Assembly (NCBI GenBank): GCA_043228905.1 | Contig: JBHGNT010000003.1 | Coordinates: forward strand, 24,614,001-24,678,000 | Source: Azolla caroliniana | Taxonomy: Eukaryota; Plantae; Polypodiophyta | Length of the DNA: 64,000 bases | Direction: 5' to 3' | Shown: positions 25,894 to 39,000 of the stretch, one piece after another | Position numbering within the stretch: position 1 is the first letter of the stretch | How the letters are laid out: each line of letters opens with the position of its first letter | Program-made: the position numbers and the translations under genes | The notes under the pieces: model-generated | Told to the model about the DNA's origin: nothing | Database searches by the model: none | The model's input: the letters and a program-made list of their open reading frames with translations, nothing else

Positions 25894-26939
25894 ATTCTCA
25901 CTCTTAATCTCACATTCACCCACCGATTGTATACCGTTTGCACTCCTTGTATTGACCTCATGGTCTAGAACTCACAATTCGTAGTTTTTTCTATACACTC
26001 AAAAAGGATGCCAGGCACAGATTCCGTGTTGCTCCAATGATTTTATTTATATTATCAACTAGAGCATGAACTAATTGTCAAAAGCTTTCAAAACTCTCCC
26101 TCTAAAATCACTTTTTTTAAGGGTGGCAGGTGATCCTCATACTACCCTTACATGTGTATATTTTGTATTTTCCCAGGCTTGATTATATACATTGTTCTAG
26201 CCTTATTTTGGAATATATACACCATGTACTCGCTAGTTATGATGTTCAGAAGAAATAGTTAAATAACACATTATGTAGCACTTGTGGTGTTTTCTTTTTT
26301 ACATTGTTGTTAATATGTTTGATTGCATTCTTGTGGAAAATCTCAGGCAAATCTTGTTATAGGTGGGAGTTTGTTGAAGTTCTCATGATTTTTTGCTAAC
26401 AAGCTATTGACATATTTTTCAAATTATAAGTTCTACTTGAAGAGCAAGTCATGTGTATGGTTACCCTCGTCTACTTGATGGTCCTTAGTGCGGTGTGTTC
26501 TTCTTGAACGTTGACTACCAAGTGTTGTGTTGCTTTAGCTTCATCATGATATCGAATTAACCTTGTGTTCTACTAATGTTTTTTTCTAGAAGTGTGTAAG
26601 CTACGAGAAAATTTTGAGTAGGTAGCTCTTTTAACTATGTTCTCTAGGTGTCATAACTAGTTACTTTTATATTACTTAATGGGGTTTACCTTGCCCACTA
26701 CAATGAGATGCCTTGTCCAAAGGGGGGTGGGGTAACTAGCAACATTGGTGGTCAATTAGTCATGCATGCATCAATATAGAGGCTTTTCCTTTTTGAAATT
26801 TGTAGGCCCCATGTTGTGAAAGGGGTCACACCTTTTAATGGTAGGTAGTCATGCATACATCAACATAGTGGGTTGGTTACCATGCCATGTCGTTATGTAT
26901 TCTAGTACTAGCACAAGTCTTTGATGCAAAAAAATGTTA

Positions 26940-27701
26940 AGGTGGAGTTGAGGCTTGATTTTAAATCATTTTGGAGTTTGTTGAAGGGTGATAGTTATTA
27001 CACATTCTACCTAATTATAGAATTATTTAACAACTACAAAATGTACCATTGATGCAAGGTTGTTTCCTCTATTAATCTCTTGTATCATCGCTTTGTTTAG
27101 TCTCGTCAATGACTATCATCTAAGGTGGAACAAGAATGGAAGGTACATAACTCTAATAACGAATGGTGACGGGTGTTAAAATATAGTTGGCATACTAAAT
27201 TGGTTGGAGAGTATTGATTGGAGGTTTGCAGTTGGATTAACTCTAAAGAAACGTGGTCTAGCAATCCACAATTATTTATTTTGCACCGTTCAAGTGGAAG
27301 ATAGATTTATTCCATGCAATGTCCGATTGTTTGTTAGATTTGGAGTTACATTTCTTGGATTTGGCAAGTTTTGATAGGTTGTATTTGATACCAAGACAAT
27401 GGGTTGTTTGCACCATTCTCACACTAATCAACTCAAAATCAGATATGGAGATCGTTCCCTATTTAAGAGCCTATCTACAAATGTCGAAGGACGTCTTAAT
27501 CTGAGAATTTTCATGATTGGGACAAGTAATTGAAATCATTTACTCGGCAGAGTGATCATCATATGGCCTATTAACAATTTGGCATGTCCTACTTACTACC
27601 CATGGAGCCTGTTAGTTAGTCAGTAGTGACCACACTCAATTGTGGTACCACTGTAATGATTTTCATACACATTTAGTGATATAATTGTGTGTTTTCACTT
27701 T
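26940..27701 (+). mobile_element. Decayed 3' fragment of the same L1 family as 55162-60880, ending at (AG)n
   Basis: Colinear similarity to 59970-60880, e.g. ggagagtattgattggagg..., caatgtccgattg...agatttggagttacatt, and terminal ataattgtgtgttttcac. May extend further 5'. Confidence 0.8.
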
Positions 27702-27940
27702 AGAGAGAGAGAGAGAGAGAGAGAAAGGTTTGTTGGAAATAAGAGATTGAGTATGATTTCAGCAAGTGGTGCTTATCACAAGTTGATTGACAAACAGAAG
27801 TGGTTGGAAGAAAGAGTTATAAAGATATGGGGTTTTCGTAAGCCCTTGGTGGTTTCATGTGATCAAGGCAGGTTGGTGTGCTCGATTGATGCTACAAGAT
27901 AAGGTATTTATTTGGAGAGTTATGGTTGGATATTATATGG

Positions 27941-29420
27941 TCATGCCCGTAACATACTCCCCTTAGTTCTGAGAGTATTTTCACGTTCCCATGTGGCATC
28001 TTTTATTGATTTATCCATCCATTTTATTTTAAATTCTCGGATTTCTTTAGTACATAAATTTTTTGTTTTAACATCGAGAATTCTTTCTGGTACATGTGGT
28101 TTAGAAGATAATTCTTCAGAAGTAACCATAGTTTCAGTTGTAACTGTATTGTCGCCAGAACCTAGAAGTTCTTTTAGACGACTCACATGAAAAACTTGAT
28201 GAATTTCAACACCATCGGGAAGAGCGAGATGATAGGTTGATGACCCAATGCGTTTAAGGACTATAAAAGGTCCACAAAACCGCGGGGCTAACTTAGCGCA
28301 CTTACCCTTAGACAATGTCTTAGAATTGTGAGGTACACGTAAAAATACCTTTTGTCCAGGGTTGAATACACGAGGTTGCCTATGATGATTGGCATAAAAA
28401 CGCGCTCTATCTTGAGCTATTTTTATATTATCTCCTGCAATATGCAACATATCTTGCATATCCTGAAGAAAGTTTTGCGTAATTCGCAACTCATCATGAT
28501 GTATATTAACATCAATCGGGGCTCGTGGCTGAAAACCATACATCAACATAAAAGGACTATATCTCGTCGATGTATTCTTGGAGCTGTTATAAGCAAACTC
28601 CAAAATTGGGAGAACGTTCCCATTTTGTTGGTTTTGTACCAACGCATGCTTGAAGCATGTCCTCAATAATTTGATTTACTCGTTCTGTCTGTCCATCGGA
28701 TTGAGGATGATCCGTGGAGCTCATGCTCAATGTAGTTTCTAACTTCTTAAAGACTTGTGTCCAGAAGTCACTAGTAAACTTTGGATCTTGATCACTCACG
28801 ATATCCATCAGTAACCCATAAAAATGAAATAACTCGTCAACGAATTGGTAAGCCAATTCAAGAGTTGTTACCGTGGTTTTAGTAGCAATAAATCTGGCCA
28901 TTTTAGTTAGTCTATCAACCACAACCCATATGGCATCATGGCCTTTTTGGGTGCGAGGAAGGCTAACAATAAAATCCATGGATATACTTTCCCACTTATT
29001 ATTGGGAATGTCCAAGGGATGTAAAAGTCTTGCGGCTTTAAGTCGCTTGGCTTTGTTAACCTAACATTGGTGACATTTAGTCACATAGCTATGTATGTTT
29101 GGGCGCATCTTAGGCCAATAGAATTGAGTGGAGATGAGAACGAGTGTACGATGTATTCCAGGGTGCCCTACTGAGGGTGCATCATGGCATTAAAAAAGAA
29201 TTCTCTTTTTTATCTCAGGCAGCAAATCTAGAACACAAACCTTCCCATTAAGATAGAGCAGACCATTAGCAATGTGGAAGTATTCCTTCGAGGATGTGGT
29301 GGTGTCTGTTCTAGACTCAACTCTTGCCTAGTATTTCGCAAAATAACTGTCATAAGGATACTTTCCTCGAAGGTGATCATAAAGATCTGATGTTATTTCA
29401 ATGAAGCTAAGCATGCCCGT
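27941..29420 (-). mobile_element. Ty3/gypsy (chromovirus) pol fragment: integrase Zn-finger, DDE core and chromodomain; frameshifted
   Basis: HDAPSVGHPG...YWP...CHQC; WESISMDFIVSLPRTQKGHDAIWVVVDRLTK; HPQSDGQTERVNQ; KLAPRFCGPF; HQVFHVSRLK; chromodomain PERILD...IKW...DATWE. Confidence 0.93.
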
Positions 29421-29958
29421 TTGAACATGTTTCTTTTGTTTGGTGGAATTGGAACATAGTAGGCATCGATTTCTTTCATGCCCGATGGCAATGATGGTTT
29501 GGAGGTGTATCAGTTTAGTGTGGATGTCTCTAACTGGAGTAAGCATATCTTCCTTTAGTTGCACATATGGAGAACAACGAACCGATGCCTCATTTCCAAA
29601 TTATTTTTGAGTTCTTGAGGTATTGGGGGTTATGGTTCAATTGGAATATGCGGAATGCCTTCACTTTTGATTCGCAAGTTGGGGTGAGAAAATATGTTCT
29701 AAAGTTAAAAAGGACTTCTTTTGTGGCAATTGACCATGCTAAAGAAGTCACAAAATCTCAAGCATGAAGAGAGAGAACTCTACAAGGTCACATATCATCA
29801 TATTGGCCATTTGAATTGGTGTGGCGTGTGGGGTGGTGGCATTGAGTTTGGAGTCGTGGTGGTCTTTAGATCCCTAGATAGATAGAAGGGTTCTATACTT
29901 TGTAGTAAGTTAGTCATGGTGGTGTTTTTTCTTTCATTTTGTTGATAACAAAAAAAAG
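29421..29958 (+). mobile_element. L1 LINE 3' fragment (zf-RVT region) with an A-rich end
   Basis: TCFFCLVELEHSRHRFLSCPMAMMVW and FLRYWGLWFNWNMRNAF parallel the C-terminus of the L1 at 60400-60660. Confidence 0.75.
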
Positions 29959-30035
29959 AATGAGAGATGGATAGATAGATTATATTATCGTCTTCGGAGG
30001 TCAAATATGATCTATGAGACCAAAAATATTACATT

Positions 30036-30572
30036 TCACATTATACGTGTGAAGGTGAGTAGCGACTCACGATGTTCAAGAACTTTACCGATGAATGTTG
30101 CAATCGAGAGTGCACATCGTAGTTGTGAGAGAAATTCGTGCAAGGATTGGGCTCGATCGAAGAGATGTGGAAAGCATGGTCGAATATGATCAAAGGCAGA
30201 GCATTGTATCAAAGTGTGATACTCAAACTCTCGAACTTGTTTAGGGCAAAGTGTGCATAGTCGGCCACTCTCATCACTTGTGCCCCAATGCCCTGTCTCA
30301 CATCTCAATGCGTGCGAGCTAAGTGGCATGGAAGCAATGGTTCGAATGGCAGATATTGAGGTGGGCTCTAACATGTATCGATGTGTACGGCTTCCCCATT
30401 CTAGGAAGAATATGGTTTTGTAGTTAGGTGCAACATTTGTAGTATAATGTGTGAAGCGTGAGCCACCACATTTGTCCCATGTCATGATACATTGGCGTTG
30501 CAAAAAGGCCTCATTTACAGAGGAATCTAGTGACGCGTTATGAAGCAAGTGATCTTGCATCCCATCTACCAA
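30036..30572 (-). mobile_element. RTE-X-like LINE 3' fragment (C-terminal CCHC finger)
   Basis: LSSHALRCETGHW...RLCTLC...EYHTLIQCSAFDHIR fits the SHxLxxETGxW...CxxC...HxxxxC pattern of RTE/RTE-X C-termini. Confidence 0.75.
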
Positions 30573-30674
30573 ACCATTTTTCTAAATCTTGCATCCAACC
30601 GGAACACAAAATTTTGCTTCTTATGTAAATTTCCCAAACATACATACAAGTGCAACTAGAAGCTGTAAAACCAA

Positions 30675-30852
30675 ACCAGAGCATAACTGCCTTTTTTACC
30701 GAAGAAAAACAGAGCACCACAGAGAAACAGAGTACCAGAGCATAACTGCCTTTTTTTACTGAAGAAAAACAGAGCACCACAGAGAAACAGAGTACCAGAG
30801 CACAACTGCCTTTTCCTGAAGAAAAACAGAGCACCACAGAGAAACAGAGTAC

Positions 30853-30853
<1 letters not shown>
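30675..30853. repeat. ~59-bp tandem repeat (3 copies) followed by (GA)n, just upstream of the CFAP298 ATG
   Basis: accagagcataactgcct...gaagaaaaacagagcaccacagagaaacagagt occurs three times. Confidence 0.92.
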
Positions 30854-30886
<33 letters not shown>

Positions 30887-30888
30887 GC

Positions 30889-33800
30889 ATGGTTCTTGTC
30901 CACGTGAAGCAGAGTGAGGATCGACAGTTCCTTTACGAGTGCCCTGCTTCTCAGAGCGTCGACCTCCTCATCAGGGAAGTGGTTCTCATCCACAATCTCC
31001 AGCTTCGCCTCCTCATCTTAGCATCTGAGGGTCAACAACTCTGCCTCTACGGACCTTCTCGCCTTTTGAGCACCGCCCACAATCAGGATGGGGATGAGGA
31101 TGAGGATGATAGTGATGATGAGCAAGAACACAAGGGTGAATGTAGCTCTAGCAATCCTCCGACGCCACATGGACCTTTTTATCTCAAGGATCCCTCCCGG
31201 AAACGTACAGGAGAAGGTTAGCTCATATTTCAGGCTAAATTTTTGAACGTTTGTATGCACATAGGTACGTAGGTATGTACTTATATAGTTATATACGTTC
31301 ATATGATACAATTCATCAGGATCTCCATGAAAAGAGATGAAACCTGAGAAATTTTGGGTTTTTTTATTTTATTTATGTTATCAGATGTGCAAATTTTTAG
31401 TTTTAAGCTGTAATATGTAGTTGAATTCTTAGTTCCTGTCTCAATTCGTACAAATATAAACGCTAGGACTTATATTTACAGCATGTGATCCAACTGTTGC
31501 TGCAACATTACGAAAAGCATTATCAGAGGCAGAATCATGTGTCTCAAAGGTCTCTCTCTTGCTCTCTCATTGTGTTGAGGTTACCTCAGTGATAAATTAT
31601 TAAGCTATTAACACAGGTTAGCTCTCATTGTGTGCATTCAAATCCATAATATTAGAACACATCTTTGTGATACCATATATCATATCTCGTAAACTATTTC
31701 CACATTGGTGTATCGAAGTAGCAACCTCACTGTTTCCAAACAGTTGACACAGATATAATCTCAACTATGTCCCTGTTGATTCTCTATCAATCTCTCTCTG
31801 ACTTGAAAAGCTTACATGCATAGTTAATGGGATTCTTTAATTACTTCTATTGTTATTCACTTATTTATTTAGTTGCATTTATTTTTATTTGTTTGTCTCA
31901 AACACGAGACAATATTTTAAGGTCAAACCTCACCATGGGCTAGGCGCCCATCTCATAGCTTTCTATCTATCATTGTTGACATTTTAAGATCTAATCTCTT
32001 GGCTTACCTTATAGGCCATTTTGGCCTCTTAAAGATGTTGATATATCTTTCTGTATTATCTAGTGTAGCTACTATTTGATTTTGCTTTATTTTACGATAC
32101 ATTCGGTAAGATTCACATGGAATGTAACTTATTGGTCTCAAATGGTAACTTTGGTCTTTTGAAAATGAAACGAATTTTATCCTTTTTCACATTATGACCC
32201 TTTAACTACATGTGCTTAAATCCTCTCAGCTATTCGAGTCAATCATAGCTGATAAATATAGGATGTAGTCAATCATCCATATCTGATAAGCACTTTTGTG
32301 AGATTAACCTCTTGATGATTGAGAAGAAGACGTGTTGTTCATGACATAGCATCAATGGTCATAATGATATTCCCAAAACTCCTGTAGCCCCATCCAATAC
32401 ATGATTTTATCATACATGCCCATTACAAGGCGTAGTTTGTCTGATCAAACTTATCATTACATTGTCGAGCATATGTCATAGCCATAGAATCTCCATATGT
32501 CATTACATTTTTTATTCATTTTTTACTTTGTCTCCTTATGTTTATCATGAAAATAGAGTCTTGCCAGACGAGGTGTTACGTGATATTCTCAAAAGTCCTG
32601 TGGCCTCATCCAAAACGTGATTTTATCATATATGCCCATGACAAGGTTTAGTTTGTCTGATCAAACTTATCCTTACGTTGTCCAGCATGTGTCAAGGAAA
32701 TAGAATCTCCATAGGCATCCTTTCTCCCCAGTTAGATTCATTTTTTATTTTGCCCCCTTATGTTTATCTTATGAGAATTCTCAAACTGTTAATTAGATAG
32801 TAAATGCTTTATACAAAAGAATAACTTGACAGGGACTGCCTGACTACACATAATTATGAGTTATTTTTGAAGAACTTAAGTTGTAATACTCAGAATACAA
32901 GATTTACTATAATGTTCATTTTCTCTTCTAAGAGTCTAATCTTCTTGTAAGTTGTATTAATTTCCTCATTATTAAGTAACGAGTTGGAAAACATTCTTAT
33001 TGACAATAAGACAGGAGCAAGTGCTGCATAAAGTGGTAATCAATGCAAACCATTTGAGAGAAGCTTTGGCAAATGTGAGGGGGGCAGTGATGATCTGTTA
33101 TCCTATGGGTCTTCCGGATTGTGACCCAGTCCATCAGTTATTGAATGGCACTTTCAAAGGTCAGCAGATACACATTTTATATATTTATGTATCTATCTTG
33201 CTTCGATTGTTTTGGAGAAGTCAAAAAAGCTTGAGCTTCTTTTTTTGTCCTGTGTCTTTTGATTTTCTTTATTAAATCAAAATGTGAGATTTTCTTTTAA
33301 CTCCTTTTCAGATGGAGACTTGATGGATCCCGATTCAGCACAGATGTGGTGGGCGGGTAAAGAGCTAATGCGGGATAAGAAGCTCTCTGATCACGTCGGG
33401 AAGAATGACAAGACTAAGGTAATAATGAACGCAAACAAGACACTTCAACTCTCTCTTATTTCACACTAAGTGATTGAAAGAGACAGTTTTTATCTTTGGA
33501 TGCCGATTGTGTATATATAATATATCACGCTATTGTCATTGCGAGACAGTTTTCACCTTTGGATGCTGAGTGGATTTTTATAGGAGAGTCACTCCAAATT
33601 AACCGTAGTATATCTTGAGTATTTATTGGAACACCAGCCAACATTTCTCATCATGTATGATGTCTATAATTTGAATAAGTGGAAATGTGGTTAGTAATTT
33701 TTTGTTTTTTATTTTTAAAACTCTCAGGTGATAGTGAAATTACAAAGCCGAGGGTGTGCTCCACCACCACGGGAACCTGTACGAATCTTGCCTTAAAGCA

Positions 33801-34345
33801 TATCTTATCTCTTTCCAGTTATCTCAGAATTTGCAGTTAAGAAGTCATGCTAAGACTATTATAGTTTCATTTTTTAAGCCGATAGATGCAGAAACCCAGA
33901 AGGCAATGATGGCTTGGCATTACAAGCAACAAAAAGAACACAAGGTATTATTAGTTTGGTAAAGATTTCCACATTAAGAAAATGCTGCAACGATTCAGCA
34001 ATTGTGCAATATACCTTAAGAAGTTTTAGCACGGTTTTCTATACATACATGTGCACGCTTGTGTGTGTGAAAAGGCACAAAAGATGGGATCTTGTGCTAT
34101 TATGTTAAATCCATAAGCTTTGGTATAGGGATAAATAAATTTACACAAATGTCTGAGGTAGAGAATGTTAACTATGCTTATGAGGTATATATAACTTTTC
34201 CTTTGATTGTTTATGGCAATGGTGATGATCATATTCGCAGAAGCTAGAAGAAAATGAAGATGATTCATATACAAACTCCTCATGGGCTGACCCGAAGACA
34301 CTGAAATGTCAATTCCAAGGAACTACTTGCATACGCTACAGATAA
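30889..34345 (+). CDS. CFAP298: Cilia- and flagella-associated protein 298 (C21orf59/FBB18 homolog), ~289 aa, 7 exons
   Basis: Exons 30889-31216, 31482-31549, 33015-33159, 33312-33418, 33728-33778, 33879-33944, 34241-34345 (870 nt, phases consistent). Motifs: MVLVHVK...QFLYE, RGAVMICYPMGLP, AQMWWAGKEL...KLSDHVGKNDKTKVIVKL...PPPREP, LEENEDDSYTNSSWADP. Confidence 0.92.
32350..32770. repeat. Diverged tandem duplication (~230-bp period) in CFAP298 intron 2
   Basis: tgatatt...catccaa...tgattttatcata...acaagg...tagtttgtctgatcaaacttatc...tagaatctccata occurs twice. Confidence 0.8.
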
Positions 34346-35452
34346 AATTTGAGAGGGATTGGACTCTGCTCATGCTCTGCCACAATTTTATTTCATCTTC
34401 CCCATAGACATAATCCTTTCATTGTTGAAAAGCTGTTTTTTTTAATGAGCATGTTTTAGAACTAAATTTTTAGAGTTTTGGATGCACCCTCAAATCACCC
34501 ACTGATAAAAACTAACCATTAAATGCTAACTCCCCAAACTTGTTTTCACCAAGAAAACAGCACTGATGCCTGCAGTCACATTTGTTTTGATTATTAGAAA
34601 TATTGTACCAATTACCAAAATTGTAAGACCACATATGTATATTTTAACAAAGTGAAATTTATGAAAATGCCCCTTTCTGCCTTAATTCCCGACATCCAGT
34701 TGTCTCCATATTTTCCAAATACTCCTCTCCTCGTCTGTTGGAACTCTCCCTTACAATTGCCGTCTTTCACCTTTTCACATCTCCCTAAATCCTATATGGT
34801 GTGGTAGTGTAGTTTGTCTCATGGACAACTGAGGCATGTCTCAATCCTATATGTTATGATTGAATTCTTAAACATCTCTAATTTGTGATCAAAATCTTTA
34901 ATCAAAACTAATAGACCCTTATTTAAATCAAAACTAACGCCTGCAAATCTTGATCTTATGCTTTGCACAGTATATTTTAATACGAGTCTTGTCCTTCCCA
35001 TGGAACCCATGAAATCTTCTCATAACAGTAGTAAATGTTGATGCAAATGTGACTACACATCTACTTTTGAAAGTGGCTTCCTGTCTATGTAAAGTCTGTA
35101 CTCCTGAGAATTAGTAATTGAAGGATGGGATATTTCTGGTAAATGAACTCTTTTGGTAATTCAAGTGCTACAAGTAGTAATCCATTAATTGACCATCTAC
35201 AACCAGTTCATTTTTCATAAATTCACATTTAACGCCTTCATCCAAATTTATATTTCAAATGAAGTCGAAACACTTTCACAAAGTCAAAGGGTATCTTCAT
35301 ATAGAAGACCTTTACATATCAAATTTCCTAAACACACAATACTTAACAATTAACAAATAATATGCTCTAAACATCAGGCTCCCATCAAACACTGCTGTCT
35401 TACTTTTCATCATAAAAAAATATTTGTTCCAACTGCATTCCCAAAATTTAGA

Positions 35453-35664
35453 TCAATGCACCCCAGACAATTAAGCAGTTTAGAAGATAACCTAATCAAT
35501 AGTCACGCACCATTATAAATCATTTGGTGGCTATAAATTTTCATTAGAATTGAAGTTTCAATGCACCCCCGACAATTAAGAAGTTTAGAAGATAACCTAA
35601 TCAATAGTCACGCACCATTATATATCATTTGGTGGCTATAAATTTTCATTAGAATTAAAGTTTC
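35453..35664. repeat. 106-bp tandem duplication between the convergent gene 3' ends
   Basis: tcaatgcaccccc...gtttagaagataacctaatcaatagtcacgcaccattata...ggctataaattttcattagaatt occurs twice. Confidence 0.9.
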
Positions 35665-36080
35665 CATGACAATGCTGAAACTTCCATATTAGGCAATTAA
35701 AGGATTCCGTCAGGGATCAAAATTTTCATAACAATATTAAATTTCCAATATTGGGCAATTAAATTTGTAATAAATACCTTCAAACTATTCTACTATTAAG
35801 CATTCACATTTTCCATAATAATATTAATGTTTCAGAATCCTACCCTAAACTCATCCACATGTATGGCTCTCCACAAGCTCATTTAAAATAATTCACCGCT
35901 TCCAATGCCTTTAAACATACCCAGACAAGATAATATAATAATAATAGTTAATTTTGCCATCCAATTTATAGTTTAAAAATCTCCAATCACAATTACAAAA
36001 CCAAGAAATTTTCAATCACAATACAAAACCCCTTAATATAACCTTTAGTTGTTCACTAATTATGATGTCTAATATAAAAT

Positions 36081-39000
36081 TCAATAATTGTTCACGGCTG
36101 CAGAACTACTAACACAGTTATCAAGCCAGTGAGAGGCCTGATGAGGTGCAATCCCATGTCGAAAGCCCGAAGGAGGAAATAGACTCTGAATACTTGGTTG
36201 AAGAGTAGAGAGTGTGACAGTAGTTGCTGGTGTGACCACCACTGCAGCTTGTATCTTCTGCCTGCATGCATTATAAGACCAACGTTGCTTTTGGAAATAA
36301 TTGTCTCTTATGGTTCTTGCAAGGCAGATCATTTGGAAGGCCTTAAAACTAGGCAACCATAAGGTTCCATTTTGAATCGACTATTTCATCAATTCTATTG
36401 CTATTTCATGCTCCTACTTTAAACAATCAAATAATTGCATCAAACTTGTTACTTAATAGAGCTTGCTGATGACGTTATCTTGATCTCAGACAGACGGTCT
36501 AAAAAACAAGTAGATGCTCTACATGCATTTTCAGAAGAGTGAATCACTTTGGGAAGCTTGGTAAGACGGATGATATTTAATACTCGGGCATGGGGTGAAT
36601 AAGCTGGTTTCCTTGGTTTCCGTCTGGTAGTCAATCAGACAATGACTATGCTATGTCAAACTCGGGCATGGGTGAATATGTTGGATCCTCAATTTCTATT
36701 TGGTGGCAAACAAGGTACAGAGTCAAGTATATTTTGATGGGCAGCAAAGTTACACAGCGCTGCGTAGTTGAGTGCTATAATGAAGAGTTTCCAAGAAACA
36801 TGCATCTGTTCCAAGTCACAGAGACATTTTTTCAAGATTCAACTTGTATAGATCAAATCTGGAAATTATATATGCATCACTGAAACACTGGTTCAAACTA
36901 ATTAGTATAGATAGATATAGATGCCCTCCCACCATTTTGAGAGTATCCTTGGACTGCATATTTTTGGATATGACTAAACCAGAGAGATGACAGATATCAT
37001 CAAACTGCATACAGATTGAACTTGGATTGATCCATTGCACTTTTATCCAGTTACATGTGTCACTTTTCTTACAATGCAGAGTTTGATTATTGAAACCACA
37101 TATATAGAAACAAAGGCTAGCACCTCATCAAGAATGGATGGAAATATCACAATACACAACTTTAGAGAACCACATCTGCCAGCTTTACAATAAAAAACTT
37201 GTAATTTTGCATTATGTATATCTCATTGCCCAGTTCATTATGGGAGTTGAAGGAAGGCATCATTGACTCTTTACAAAAAGATTTGTCTCTTGGTAGAGTG
37301 AAGGGAGAACAATGAACAAATATGCTTAGGATTCTTCCTTACCGAAATAAGGAAGAAAAGGAGGGCCTCTTGAGACAGAGATCAATACTTACCCATTCAC
37401 TCAAGCAGTAAACTTGCACAGGTTACTTCCATATGGATACTACTAGGAGCAAGCATGAGGTACAAGCTAGCATCGTGGACAAAGTCAAGTCACAACGGCT
37501 AAAGCTAGTACATCTTTTTTTCAATCAAATCGTGGATGGTGTATTCATCACAAGGGGAGAGATTCAAACCCTCAGTAAACAAGGGTCTACTCAGTGACAA
37601 AATTGACCTCGGCTAGACAGTTACATAAGTGGAATCCAGTCGGGCCCGCAGCAGTGATCACATGTTCATAGATGGCCCAATGAAAAAGCATAAACATCAC
37701 GAAGACCTGGCTCTCAAAACAGGATAATTCAGGTCAGGTTTCTTGTGATTGGGATGGACATTCTCTTCCCCCATCTTTGTCCTGGATGTTGCTGAGGGCA
37801 GCCATTTCAGTTTGAATGATCAGGCCATTTAGTTTTAGCAAGCTAGACATGTTTTTTCTTGCACTACTTGCATGGAAGAGTTAACATAAAAAAGTGTGGC
37901 CTTGCCAAGTGGGTGGTGATGGTCTGATAGAGACATTACTAGATCTTTCTTTCTTTCTACTCATCATTTTTCTTTCTCTAACTAGTTTCTAAATGTTAAC
38001 GCATCACAATGTTTGCAAGAGGAAATGTATCTCATTGTCATCTCTATGCTTTGCACATAAAGTCTAAAGATGTCTCATGGAAAAAATGAAAAAATGAAAA
38101 AATGTTGCCTTCACATACATACCTATTAGTATTGCACACAGCAGGGAGAGAGGCTTTGACAGGAACTGCAGGTGGAAACGGCCGTGGGCCTTTATGGGCA
38201 GATATTGGAAGAACTGAGAAAAGTGTAATGTTTACAATTGATGAGAGAATATAAATAAAGTAGGTTAGAATGTGTGAAAATCCAAATCTAGGACTCGGGC
38301 TACTAACCTCTTTGATTATTTGTGTGTCGATTCTGCGGTGCTACTTCAGAACGAATAGGAGCAACATCGTTCAGAGCTAAAGGATGGTCCTTTCTTTCTT
38401 GTTTAAAATGCATAGTTCCAGATGTGCTTTTTGGCTCACTAATCCCTGCAATAAAATTGTGAAGGTCAAGTGAGAGCAAGAAAATAATAATGATTGTGCG
38501 GTGCTTCTCATAGCACACATACACATGCCATATCACATGTCAAAAACACATACATAGATATCACATTTACATCTTGAAACCACCCATAGGCACATTCGCA
38601 CCTGTCCCTACTGGATTACGCTTTTTTGGAGCCACCCAGCCAACAGACAGCTCTGTATTAGGTTCCTGGTATGGAGACTTCACAGCAACATCAACCACAT
38701 CCTCCCGTGGAAATGCATGCTTCATATCTATAGTACAAAATTAAGATAAGGAATAGAACAATTTCATAGTTGAACTCTACGATTTTCACATGCCAGCATA
38801 AGGACTTACTGTGTGGGCGCAAGTACATTCTCATGGGCATGTATACTACTGTTTCCTCACTTGGTGCCTGCTCAAACCAAAACATGCATTTGTCTCTCAA
38901 CAAATCTCCTTTACATACAATATTCATGTCTTGCTTGAACAATTTTAGAAAAGGAAAGGAGAAAGATACGAGAGAAAATAGATTAAACACTCATAAACTA

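Noticed and set aside
36138-36175. Second CTGATGA...GAAA hammerhead-like match
   Set aside because: Stem II pairs only weakly, there is no stem III/NUH arrangement, and it is antisense to the probable last kinase exon; chance match.
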